A DNA stretch of 52,020 nucleotides, from positions 1 to 52,020 of the IMG/VR virus record IMGVR_UViG_3300037706_000027. One strand, written 5' to 3'. The notes beneath the pieces are model-generated. The model was not told the origin of the DNA and did not search any database. It saw nothing but the letters and a program-made list of their open reading frames with translations. The translations under genes were made by a program, and so were the position numbers. Positions 1-8,724 of the stretch are shown here, in pieces. Numbering within the stretch: position 1 is the first letter of the stretch; each line of letters begins with the position of its first letter. The stretch comes from a virus (lineage: Duplodnaviria > Caudoviricetes).

Positions 1-49
1 GTCGTTTTTATTTACTAGTCTCGTAGGGACGCCAGGAGCCCCAAGAACC

Positions 50-325
50 GTGCCAGAACCAGGCCGGACCCTGACCGAGACCTTGAAGGCCGGCGATCAT
101 CGGTCGTCGCTGGAAGCGCTCAGGGACGCCCTGGCCGAGGGCATGCAGAAGGCGGACCCGAACGTCAAGCCGCAGTACGCGGCGCGGATTCAGGCGGTGC
201 TTTCGGAGCTGGCCGCAATGCCGTCAGCGGAGCGCACGGAGGTCGATGAGCTGGTCGAGCGTAGAAAGAAGCGCCGGGCTGATGCCGACGCTCGCTTGCG
301 CGCCAAACAACAGCGCGGGGCTTGA
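50..325 (+). CDS. terS: Terminase small subunit
   Basis: 91 aa helical protein overlapping terL; C-terminal DELVERRKKRR resembles small terminases of actinophage-type packaging modules. Confidence 0.7.
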   Translation: MPEPGRTLTETLKAGDHRSSLEALRDALAEGMQKADPNVKPQYAARIQAVLSELAAMPSAERTEVDELVERRKKRRADADARLRAKQQRGA

Positions 326-1691
326 TCCATTCGTCGAAGACGAGATCCGACAGGTTCTGGACTGGTCGGGCCTGATCCTGGACGAATGGCAAGAATCGTT
401 TCTGTTCGGAGCGCTCGAGCCGGGATACGACGGAAAATGGGCGGCGTTCGAAGTCTGTGGCGTGGTCCCGCGCCAGAACGGCAAGGGTGCCATCCAAGAG
501 GCGCGGCAACTGGTCGGTTTATTCGTGTTGGCGGAGCGATTACAGATCCACACCGCCCACGAGTTCAAGACGTGTTCCGAGCACTTCCTCCGGGTCAAGG
601 GGCTGATCGAGGGCTCGGATAGGCTGCGCCAGCAGGTGCGGATCATCCGCACCGGGGCCGGCGAGCAGGGCGTCGAGTTGCACACGGGCGAGCGGTTGCG
701 ATTCCTGGCACGTTCGCGGTCCAGCATCCGGGGGTTCTCGGCCGATGCTGTCTACTTCGATGAGGCGTTCGAGTTGCCCGTAGCGACTGTGGGAAGCGTC
801 CTGCCCGCCCTTTCGGCGCGTCCGAACCCGCAGGCGTGGTATCTCTCGTCCGCACCGCACTTCGAATCCGAGTTCCTGCACTCTCTGCTCAAGCGTGCCG
901 AGTCCGACGATCCTGGCTCGCTTTTCCTGCGTGCATGGGAAAACGAAGCCGACGCATGGCCGGATGATCCCGAGACGTGGCGCCGGGTGAATCCCGCGGT
1001 CGGCATCCGCATCGACGAATCCTTCATCCACAGCGAGATGCGGACACTCTGCGGCACGCCAGAAGGCGTCGCCGAGTTCAAGCGAGAGCGGATGGGCATT
1101 CGTGAGGGCGGCGACGGAAGCGCTGGCGTGATCCCGCAAGCCAAGTGGTCCCAGTTGAGCATCCCGGTGCCCGCCCGCATCGATTCGGTTGCGTACGGCC
1201 TGGCCGTCGCGCCCGATGCCTCATGGTCGAGCGTCGGATCCGCCGGCCGCCTTCCCACTGGTGACCTGTATGTCGACAGCGTGAAGTTCGGCGCGGGCAC
1301 GGCATGGGTGCAGGAGTTTGTTGTTGACCTCCATGAGCGGAAGCGTAAGCCGATTCGCATCGACCCCGGCGGCAGCGAAGGCGCGTTCATTCGCCCGCTT
1401 CGGGAAGCGGGTGTCGAGGTCATCGAAGTCGGTGGGCGCGAATACCAGCAGGCTTGCGGCGAGTTGCTTTCCGCCGTGAACGACGGCCGCATCCGCCACA
1501 TCGATCAGACTGCGCTCAACAAGTCGGTTGCCGCTGCCGGCAAGCGTGATGTCGGGAAAGAGGGCGGCTGGGTCTGGGTCCGCCCGGGTGCGGTCGATGT
1601 GTCTCCACTCAAGGCCGCCACGCTGGCCCTGAGCGGCGTGGAACTGAAGCGCAAGCCGAAGATCCATTTCTACCAGGGGCAGGCGCCGTGA
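282..1691 (+). CDS. terL: Terminase large subunit
   Basis: Walker A PRQNGKG, Walker B VYFDEA, motif C SSAP, RRVNPAVG, C-terminal DVSPLKAATLA; ATG at 282 preferred over 246. Confidence 0.95.
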   Translation: MPTLACAPNNSAGLDPFVEDEIRQVLDWSGLILDEWQESFLFGALEPGYDGKWAAFEVCGVVPRQNGKGAIQEARQLVGLFVLAERLQIHTAHEFKTCSEHFLRVKGLIEGSDRLRQQVRIIRTGAGEQGVELHTGERLRFLARSRSSIRGFSADAVYFDEAFELPVATVGSVLPALSARPNPQAWYLSSAPHFESEFLHSLLKRAESDDPGSLFLRAWENEADAWPDDPETWRRVNPAVGIRIDESFIHSEMRTLCGTPEGVAEFKRERMGIREGGDGSAGVIPQAKWSQLSIPVPARIDSVAYGLAVAPDASWSSVGSAGRLPTGDLYVDSVKFGAGTAWVQEFVVDLHERKRKPIRIDPGGSEGAFIRPLREAGVEVIEVGGREYQQACGELLSAVNDGRIRHIDQTALNKSVAAAGKRDVGKEGGWVWVRPGAVDVSPLKAATLALSGVELKRKPKIHFYQGQAP

Positions 1692-2956
1692 GCTTCTGGG
1701 ATACGATCTTCCGGCGCCCGAATCACGCAGGGGTTGAGCCCAACACGAACCCCGCGCCGGCCGACCCGCCTACCGTCGGCGCTCCCGACTACACGCCGGG
1801 TGATCCCGACGGCTTCGAAATCGACTTCAATCCTGTGGAGGCCCGCAAGTTCGCGCTCCCCGCGCCGTCGCCATGGGACGGCTGGCCGTCGGAATGGTCC
1901 ACCGGCTGGAATTGGCAGGGTCGTTTCAACGCGCTCGTGGACATCGCCTGGACGTGCATCGATCGATCGGCCACCGTGCTTTCTGCGATGCCCGTTTACC
2001 GCACGCGGAACGGCAAAGTCATAGAGCCGACGACCTGGATGACCAATCCTGATCCGACGATTTACTCGTCCTGGCACGAGTTCGCGAAACAGTTGTTCCG
2101 CGACTATTTCCTGGGCGAGGCGTTCGTTCTACCGGTCATGCGAGGCGTCAATGACTATCCGCTCACGTTTCGGGTGGTACCGCCGTGGATGATGCACGTC
2201 GACATGAGCGGTGGCATGCGTCGTTATTTCCTCGGCGGCGCCGGTGGATTCGATGTGACCAGCGATGTGCTGCACATCCGTTACGACTCCTCAACCGATA
2301 TGCCGCGTGGGAAGGGCCCGCTCGAGATGGCCGGCGGCCGACAGATCACGGCGGGATTGATCGAGACGTACACGCGTCGCGTCGTCGAGAACGGCGGCAT
2401 CCCGCTATACACCTTGGAAACACCCGAGCCGCTGAACGAAGATGACGCGCAAGACCTTCTCAAGCAGTGGCTCGCGTCACGCCAGGCCAACTTCGGAGCG
2501 CCCGCGGTTCTCGACAGCGGCGCGAGCCTGAAGACCCATCAGGGAATGTCGCCGAAGGATATGGCGATGCTGGAGATCGCACAGTTCACGGAAGCGCGCA
2601 TTTGCGTCCTCCTGGGCACGCCGCCGTTCATCATGGGTCTTCCGGGATCCGATTCGATGACGTACTCGAACGTCTCACAGGTATTCGACCAGCATGACCG
2701 GATGTCGCTGCGGCCGGCGGCCGCACACGTCATGGGCGCGCTCTCGGGGTGGGCTCTGCCATCGACGCAGCGGGCCGAACTAAACCGCGACGAGTACAGC
2801 CGGCCGAGCTTCGGCGAGCGCGTCGATGCATACGTCAAACTCGAGGGCATCGACGCAATCACCATCGATGAAATTCGGGCCGCAGAACGGTTTCAGGCCG
2901 AGGCTGATCGCCCCAATCTTGCCATTAGCGCGCTTACCGGAGGCACAAATGAGTGA
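1688..2956 (+). CDS. Portal protein, HK97 family
   Basis: Follows terL; LGEAFV, DVLHIR, ICVLLGTPPFIMG, TYSNV and ITIDEIRAAE motifs. Confidence 0.92.
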   Translation: MSFWDTIFRRPNHAGVEPNTNPAPADPPTVGAPDYTPGDPDGFEIDFNPVEARKFALPAPSPWDGWPSEWSTGWNWQGRFNALVDIAWTCIDRSATVLSAMPVYRTRNGKVIEPTTWMTNPDPTIYSSWHEFAKQLFRDYFLGEAFVLPVMRGVNDYPLTFRVVPPWMMHVDMSGGMRRYFLGGAGGFDVTSDVLHIRYDSSTDMPRGKGPLEMAGGRQITAGLIETYTRRVVENGGIPLYTLETPEPLNEDDAQDLLKQWLASRQANFGAPAVLDSGASLKTHQGMSPKDMAMLEIAQFTEARICVLLGTPPFIMGLPGSDSMTYSNVSQVFDQHDRMSLRPAAAHVMGALSGWALPSTQRAELNRDEYSRPSFGERVDAYVKLEGIDAITIDEIRAAERFQAEADRPNLAISALTGGTNE

Positions 2957-3551
2957 CGAAATTCTCCGCCGAAATGACGCCACTCTGAAAGACGTGGACT
3001 TCAAACAGCGGCTGATCACCGTAATCGCTGTGCCGTGGGAACAGGAAGCAGAAGTATTATGGCGTGGCGAAAGATGGAGGGAAGTGTTCAGCCGTGGCGC
3101 GTTCAACGGACTGGAGGAATCCGCCGGCCGCGTCCGCGTGAATCGAGAACACGACGAAGCCGACACGATGGGCAAGGTGGTACAATTCGATACCCAAGAT
3201 CCCCAAGGCCTGATTGCGGTGACCAGGATCGCGAAAACACCGCGGGGCGATGAGACATTGCAACTTGCTGATGAGGACATGCTTAGTGGCAGTATCACGT
3301 TTTTCGTGAAGAAGGCATCTGACGTCGAGCTGCATCGTCAACGAATGTTGAGACGTGTGAAAAGGGCGTTCTTGCGTCATCTGAGTTTCGTCGCGGCGCC
3401 CGCATACGAAGGAGCCCAGGTGTTGGCGGTCCGAGCGGGATCGTCAGGGCTGCCGGTGGTGGGAACCCCCTTGCCGGAAACACCGAATCTGGACGAGTTC
3501 GTACATGACGATGTGCTCGAATGGGCACGCCGTCGGCTCTCGTCCGCATAA
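2949..3551 (+). CDS. Prohead protease, HK97 type
   Basis: Between portal and capsid; REHD, LSGSITF and HLSFVAAPAYEGAQV motifs; GGAGG upstream of ATG 2949. Confidence 0.88.
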   Translation: MSDEILRRNDATLKDVDFKQRLITVIAVPWEQEAEVLWRGERWREVFSRGAFNGLEESAGRVRVNREHDEADTMGKVVQFDTQDPQGLIAVTRIAKTPRGDETLQLADEDMLSGSITFFVKKASDVELHRQRMLRRVKRAFLRHLSFVAAPAYEGAQVLAVRAGSSGLPVVGTPLPETPNLDEFVHDDVLEWARRRLSSA

Positions 3552-3656
3552 GCACAGACCCCTGTCCAGTGTGTGGGCGGGCCATGGCGCGTCGCCGGGA
3601 GGGCGATGAAGGCCGGAAAGTGCAACCACTTTTGAATCACGAAAGAGGTTGCATCC

Positions 3657-4889
3657 ATGAGCAAGAACGGACGTGCGAACGATGCGATGATCGTTCGCCT
3701 TCAGCGTGAGCTGGAGGAACGCAGCGCCGCATCTGACGGCATCATCGCCAACGCGCAGGACGCCGAGCGCGACCTGAACTCATCCGAACGGGAGACGCTG
3801 ACCGGCCTTCGTACTCGCATCACGGAACTCCGCACCCAGTTGGATGAGTTGGAAGCAACATCGACGCTGCGCGATGAGGTGGCGCAGCGCATGCAGCAAT
3901 TCGATCAGGCCATCACCGCAGCCCGCCGCAACGGCGCGCGCGACCAGGAGTATCGCAGTGCCGGCGCGTGGATGCTCGACACCTACCGGGCCGCGATCGG
4001 CGATCGCCAGGCGGTGCAGCGTCTCGAACTCTTCCACCGCGTCGCCGATCACCAGAAGACCACGGACAACCTCGGGATCGTGCCGGATCCGATCGTCGGC
4101 ACCGTGATCAACTTCATCGACGCTGCGCGTCCGATCGTTTCGTTCATCGGCCCCCAGCCGATGACGGCCGCGACATGGCACCGCCCGCGCGTGACGCAGC
4201 ACACCAGCGTCGCACTCCAGGGAGAAGCCGGTGCCGCAGCCGACCAGAAGGAAGAGCTTGCCTCGCAGAAGATGATCATCACCCGCCTGACCGGAAATGC
4301 GGTGACGTACGGTGGGTACGTCAACGTCTCGCGGCAGAACATCGATTTCAGCACGCCGCAGATTCTGGACATCATCATCAACGACCTCGCGGCGCAGTAC
4401 GCGATCCAGACGGAAGCCGCCGTGGCCGCGCAGTTGGCCGCCGCGACATCGACCGGGATCGGTTACGGTGCGTCGGCGACGGCTGACACGGTTTCCGCCG
4501 CGATCTGGCAGGCCGCCGCTCTCGCGTACGGCGCGACGAAGGGTCAGGGCCGCCTCGTGATCGCCGTTGCCCCGGACCGCTTGGGCGTGTTCGGCCCGCT
4601 GTTCAACCCGGTAAACCCGCAGAACGCGCAGTCACCCGGAATGAGCGCCGGTTCGTTCGGGCAAGGCATCATGGGCACGATCAGCGGCATCCCGGTGCTG
4701 ATGTCCGCCGGCCTTGGTTCCGGGGAGTCGTTCCTGTTCTCGACGGCCGCGGTCGAAGTGTTCGAGCAGCGTGTCGGCACGCTTCAGGCGACGGAGCCGA
4801 GCGTGATGGGCGTTCAGGTGGCGTACGCCGGTTACTTCGCGCCGATGACCATCGAGGAAGATGGCATCGTGCCTCTGACGGCGGACTGA
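3657..4889 (+). CDS. Major capsid protein, HK97 fold with N-terminal coiled-coil delta domain
   Basis: 410 aa; heptad-rich N-terminus, YGGYVNVSRQNIDFS and GTISGIPV motifs; position after protease. Confidence 0.92.
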   Translation: MSKNGRANDAMIVRLQRELEERSAASDGIIANAQDAERDLNSSERETLTGLRTRITELRTQLDELEATSTLRDEVAQRMQQFDQAITAARRNGARDQEYRSAGAWMLDTYRAAIGDRQAVQRLELFHRVADHQKTTDNLGIVPDPIVGTVINFIDAARPIVSFIGPQPMTAATWHRPRVTQHTSVALQGEAGAAADQKEELASQKMIITRLTGNAVTYGGYVNVSRQNIDFSTPQILDIIINDLAAQYAIQTEAAVAAQLAAATSTGIGYGASATADTVSAAIWQAAALAYGATKGQGRLVIAVAPDRLGVFGPLFNPVNPQNAQSPGMSAGSFGQGIMGTISGIPVLMSAGLGSGESFLFSTAAVEVFEQRVGTLQATEPSVMGVQVAYAGYFAPMTIEEDGIVPLTAD

Positions 4890-4908
4890 TCCGTAATCAC
4901 CGCACTTG

Positions 4909-4938
4909 TCCTGCTCCTCTGTCGATCGGGGAGCAGGA
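4909..4938 (+). terminator. Stem-loop after the capsid gene (attenuator or mRNA-stabilising hairpin)
   Basis: TCCTGCTCC(4909-4917)...GGAGCAGGA(4930-4938); no clear U tract. Confidence 0.4.
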
Positions 4939-4974
4939 TGGGGCGGAACAGTGCCAATGAAAAAGGGAGCAGAC

Positions 4975-5244
4975 ATGAACCGTCGAGTTCTGGTCGCCAT
5001 GCGGCGCAATCTGGAGCAGGCGAAAGCGAGCGGTAACGCGGCATTAGCCGAACGAATCCAGGTACGCCTCGATCGCCATGAAGTCAAGCCTGCGAAGGTC
5101 AATCCGGGGCCGAAAATCCAGCCTGCGAAGCCGGCCCCGCGCCCAAGGTTCGTAATACCCGAACCTGTCGTGGCGCCAAGGCCGGCAATCGATCCGGACG
5201 CGACGGTCTCGGAAACGCCGGACGAACCAAAGTCGGAAGAGTAA
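4975..5244 (+). CDS. Small Pro/Lys-rich hypothetical protein after capsid
   Basis: GGGAG RBS before ATG 4975; stop abuts the next ATG. Confidence 0.6.
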   Translation: MNRRVLVAMRRNLEQAKASGNAALAERIQVRLDRHEVKPAKVNPGPKIQPAKPAPRPRFVIPEPVVAPRPAIDPDATVSETPDEPKSEE

Positions 5245-5853
5245 ATGGCTCTCGGCGATCCATACGCGACCGTTGAACAGCTTGAACAGCGGCTGGGCAA
5301 AACCGACGATGGCACGTTCGATCGTCTGGTGGAGGCCGCGTCGCGTGAAGTCGAGCGATTCGCACGCCGTCAGTTCAACAAGACCGACACGGCATCGGCT
5401 CGGCGTTTCCGCGCGCTGGATTGCGAACGTGTTGCGGTCGATGACTTCCACACATTGACGGATCTCGCGGTCGAGGTCGATGGCGTGGCATGGGACGTGA
5501 GCCTGTACGTCGATCCGCGTCCGTGGGATGGCGTCCAGTTCGGTCAAACAGGATGGCCGTACTCCGACCTGTTCGCGATCAATCGCTCGTGGCCGTGGTC
5601 GCGCCGCGCGCTGGTCACGGTGACTGCGCGCTGGGGTTGGGCCGCCGTTCCAGCGGGCATCGTCGAGGCAACGCTGGATGTCGCGGAATCGATGTATCTC
5701 GGGCGGGCCGTGACGCAAACCGGATTCGTGCGCTCCGAGACGTTCGACAACTACTCAGTTTCGTTCGGTCTACCCAACATGAGTAACAACGGAGTGCCGT
5801 CTGAAATGATGAGGGCCGCACCCTTCCGGCGGAAAGTGTTCGGGGTGGCCTGA
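5245..5853 (+). CDS. Head-to-tail adaptor
   Basis: YATVEQL start, AASREVERFARRQF, VTVTARWGWAAVP and SETFDNYSVSF motifs. Confidence 0.85.
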   Translation: MALGDPYATVEQLEQRLGKTDDGTFDRLVEAASREVERFARRQFNKTDTASARRFRALDCERVAVDDFHTLTDLAVEVDGVAWDVSLYVDPRPWDGVQFGQTGWPYSDLFAINRSWPWSRRALVTVTARWGWAAVPAGIVEATLDVAESMYLGRAVTQTGFVRSETFDNYSVSFGLPNMSNNGVPSEMMRAAPFRRKVFGVA

Positions 5854-6233
5854 TGGCATTCTCGGAATTCCTGATTTCGATTGCCAATATCTGGCGCAAC
5901 GCCAATGCGGACGGCGCAACACAGGATGGGTTCGCGGATACGCCACCCGACTACAGCGTCGTGAGTGTCGAAGACTGCCGAGTCACGATGGCTCCGCCAG
6001 ACCCAAGCCGTGCAGATCGCGGATTCGGGCAAGCGCTGACCGGAGCACCAAGAGTGTCGTTCGAACCAGACGCGAATGTACTCGCGCGGGATATCGTCGA
6101 GATAATGAGCGGGCCGCATGGTGGGCTCTGGGGTCGGGTTCCGGAACTCAAGCTAGCCCAAGGCAGGGACGCTATTCACCACATCGTTGTGGAGCTGGAG
6201 CCCACCGAACTCCGGTTTACGGAGGACTCGTGA
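5853..6233 (+). CDS. Head-to-tail stopper / head closure protein
   Basis: 126 aa, synteny, C-terminal HHIVVEL. Confidence 0.65.
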   Translation: MAFSEFLISIANIWRNANADGATQDGFADTPPDYSVVSVEDCRVTMAPPDPSRADRGFGQALTGAPRVSFEPDANVLARDIVEIMSGPHGGLWGRVPELKLAQGRDAIHHIVVELEPTELRFTEDS

Positions 6234-6628
6234 TCAAAATCGTGATCGAGCGCGGCGGGCCGACATCTCTCGGCATTGTCGATGAAGCGAGCGGCAAGTT
6301 CAACAAGGAGGCGATCATTCGTGTCCGGAACGCCACCAAGATCCTCCTGCAAGCCGTGCGCAAGAAGTACCGGCAGAACCGTGGCGCATCTCGTCCGGGC
6401 GAAACACCGGGTACGGAGACGGGCGAATTGGGCAAGAGCCTCCGTCGTTCAGCGCGCAGGAAGCGTGACATGGTCACGGGCATTGTTGGCTCGATCGCCG
6501 TCTTCGCGAGACGCCTGGAGTTGGGCGGAATGGACAAGCGCGGGATCTACATCGCGCCACGTCCCGCATGGCGACCTGCCATGATGGAGCAGCGCGGAGC
6601 GATCGATCGCGCATTGAGGGGCGAATGA
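6230..6628 (+). CDS. HK97 gp10-like tail completion protein
   Basis: Basic protein with SRPGETP, TGELGKS, LELGG and IAPRPAWRPA motifs. Confidence 0.75.
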   Translation: MIKIVIERGGPTSLGIVDEASGKFNKEAIIRVRNATKILLQAVRKKYRQNRGASRPGETPGTETGELGKSLRRSARRKRDMVTGIVGSIAVFARRLELGGMDKRGIYIAPRPAWRPAMMEQRGAIDRALRGE

Positions 6629-7035
6629 GGTGGCATGACGTGATCGAATCCCTGAACGCCGAATTGCGGCTGTCGAATCCTTTGTTCACCGCGCTCGAGG
6701 ACGCATGGGCGATCTATAAGCATTCGGCGCCGCGCACCCCGCGCATCCCGTCGATCGCGCTGATGTTCATCACCGAGGGTTACCGCGACTCGATAAATGA
6801 CCTGGAACTGCAAGTATCGATCTTTGCCAGGAGTGTCCAGCAGATGATCGCGATCGAGCAGGCCGTCCGTAACTCGATCGACCGGCACGTCTGGACACAG
6901 TTCCCGGGCGTGTACATGCGCTGCCAGTTGATCAGTTCGGTTGATCTGACTGAAGATGAGGGCATTGTGCACCGCGCTCTTGATTTCGGCATCTCACTGC
7001 CACGGCAACGTTACATCGGCGCGGAGGCATCATGA
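6625..7035 (+). CDS. Tail terminator protein
   Basis: Synteny; LQVSIFA and HRALDF pattern. Confidence 0.6.
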   Translation: MRWHDVIESLNAELRLSNPLFTALEDAWAIYKHSAPRTPRIPSIALMFITEGYRDSINDLELQVSIFARSVQQMIAIEQAVRNSIDRHVWTQFPGVYMRCQLISSVDLTEDEGIVHRALDFGISLPRQRYIGAEAS

Positions 7036-7226
7036 CAGAACTATTCGTCGGGATTCTGATCGGCGTTGTGGTCGGCGTGCTCGCGACGATAGTTGGCTAC
7101 GAGACGCGCCAGCAGTCAGAACCATCGGCGGCGTCCGTGCCGGAGCCGGAAGAACCGCCAGCGGTTCACGGATGGGAACGAAGTGTCCGCGCGTTGAGGT
7201 CGCGGCAGCAGTCCAACAATCAATAG
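7032..7226 (+). CDS. Small single-TM membrane protein
   Basis: Hydrophobic LFVGILIGVVVGVLATIVG; GGAGG RBS; ATGA overlap. Confidence 0.6.
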   Translation: MTELFVGILIGVVVGVLATIVGYETRQQSEPSAASVPEPEEPPAVHGWERSVRALRSRQQSNNQ

Positions 7227-7235
7227 GGGGCCAGA

Positions 7236-7928
7236 ATGGACTACACACTGATTACGACCGCGACCTCCGAGCGCCACATCGGAAGGGCGGCACTGTTCTA
7301 TGCGCTGGCATGGGACGGGACGGCGGATCTCACGCTGACCCATCTCGGCGACACGCAGGGCAGTGTTGAATTCAACCGGAATGCAGAGTACGGCCACCTC
7401 CGTGCGGTCGAGGTGACCGGGCAGGCGAAGCTACGTAGCAAGCTCAAGGGTGAAGATCCGGTCCTGACCGTCGAAAACGTCTGGTGGGGACGCGCCGCGC
7501 TGTTGGACATCGTGACCGGCAAGAGCAGCGCATCCGGCGGCTACACTCGCCAGCGCGATCCGATCTATCGCACGTTGATCGTGTTCCCGGAAGAGATTTT
7601 CATCGACCCGACGACGCAGCTTCCCGGAACACTTCGCAACACGATCGGCGGCGGCTGGCAGTTCATCGGTTCCGACGGCGGTAGTCCGGGTGCGCTGACG
7701 GCCGAGCAGACCCGACTTCTGGCGCATACGACATGGATCTGGAAGGGCTACTTCGAAGAGCCGAACATCCCGTTCAACGACGCAAATGCCGGCGAGGCTC
7801 TCGCGCCCGTGACTTTCAACGCCGTCCACAACGACGGCCTAAGCGGGGCGATCCCCAACGGGCACCTGCTCTACACGATCGGTGACCCGACGGCCGAAGG
7901 CGTCGACATCGAGATCGACATCAGCTGA
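7236..7928 (+). CDS. Major tail (tube) protein
   Basis: 230 aa before chaperone and tape measure; HLGDTQGSVEF motif. Confidence 0.75.
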   Translation: MDYTLITTATSERHIGRAALFYALAWDGTADLTLTHLGDTQGSVEFNRNAEYGHLRAVEVTGQAKLRSKLKGEDPVLTVENVWWGRAALLDIVTGKSSASGGYTRQRDPIYRTLIVFPEEIFIDPTTQLPGTLRNTIGGGWQFIGSDGGSPGALTAEQTRLLAHTTWIWKGYFEEPNIPFNDANAGEALAPVTFNAVHNDGLSGAIPNGHLLYTIGDPTAEGVDIEIDIS

Positions 7929-8497
7929 TGAAGATCGCGGGCAAGCGGGATCCGGCATATCTCGCAAGAAAGCGCGCCCGGGAGGAAGCATTCGGCGCGT
8001 TCATGGATGCCAGGTACGCGAATACGAAGACTATCGAGGAGCTGGAGCACTTCGGCGAGTTCGAGTATCCGCGTGGCACCGGCTGGACATGGACGGTCGA
8101 TCCCCTGCCGTTCACGGTCGGCGCGCGCATCACCGAGTGCGAGATCGAATTGACCGCGATCCACCGTGAGCTGATAGCCTATGCGGAGCGCCAGAAGAAG
8201 CAGAAGGCAGACGGCGGCGATCCGGGGCCAGACACGAACCTGATGCAACGCCTCGCGAGTCAGTGGGAATCCGTCGTGTCACGGGCCGCAAGCATCGCGG
8301 ACCCGTTGCTCATCCCGACAACCAGGGGACGCAGGCGCTATCGGGTGCTGAAACCGCTCGGCCTCTGGACAGGGCCGCTCAAGCGCCACGGCGCCACGGC
8401 GAACGAGGTCGCCTGGGTGGTGGGTTTTTTAGCGCAGTGCCAGATGACATACGGCCTCCGGGCCGGTTATCTGGCGCAGCCCGGAAAGCGCAACTGA
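7928..8497 (+). CDS. Tail assembly chaperone (G-like)
   Basis: Between tube and tape measure; contains slippery site. Confidence 0.7.
   Translation: MKIAGKRDPAYLARKRAREEAFGAFMDARYANTKTIEELEHFGEFEYPRGTGWTWTVDPLPFTVGARITECEIELTAIHRELIAYAERQKKQKADGGDPGPDTNLMQRLASQWESVVSRAASIADPLLIPTTRGRRRYRVLKPLGLWTGPLKRHGATANEVAWVVGFLAQCQMTYGLRAGYLAQPGKRN
8422..8431 (+). other. Programmed -1 frameshift site
   Basis: G GGT TTT (8422-8428) and overlapping T TTT TTA in the chaperone frame; the -1 frame is open to 8724. Confidence 0.8.
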
Positions 8498-8724
8498 TCG
8501 ACCTGCTCGACGGTTATTGCGAGTTCGCGAGAGCATATCCCGCGCTGATAGTGGATGGGGTGCCGCGTTCGTGGCGTCACTACGTGTACGGGATGGCGCA
8601 TCTGGCGCGCGCCAAAGCTCGGGAAGACCTGCAACTCGCTGACAGTACCGGGATCGTGCAAGCGGAAGAATCTAAGCGTAAGGAATGGTTCCGTGAACGC
8701 ATCGACTTCCAGCGGCGTGCCTGA
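8428..8724 (+). CDS. Frameshifted extension of the tail chaperone (T-like part of G-T)
   Basis: -1 frame ORF (track 8263-8724) ends at the tape measure start. Confidence 0.7.
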   Translation, partial: FSAVPDDIRPPGRLSGAARKAQLIDLLDGYCEFARAYPALIVDGVPRSWRHYVYGMAHLARAKAREDLQLADSTGIVQAEESKRKEWFRERIDFQRRA

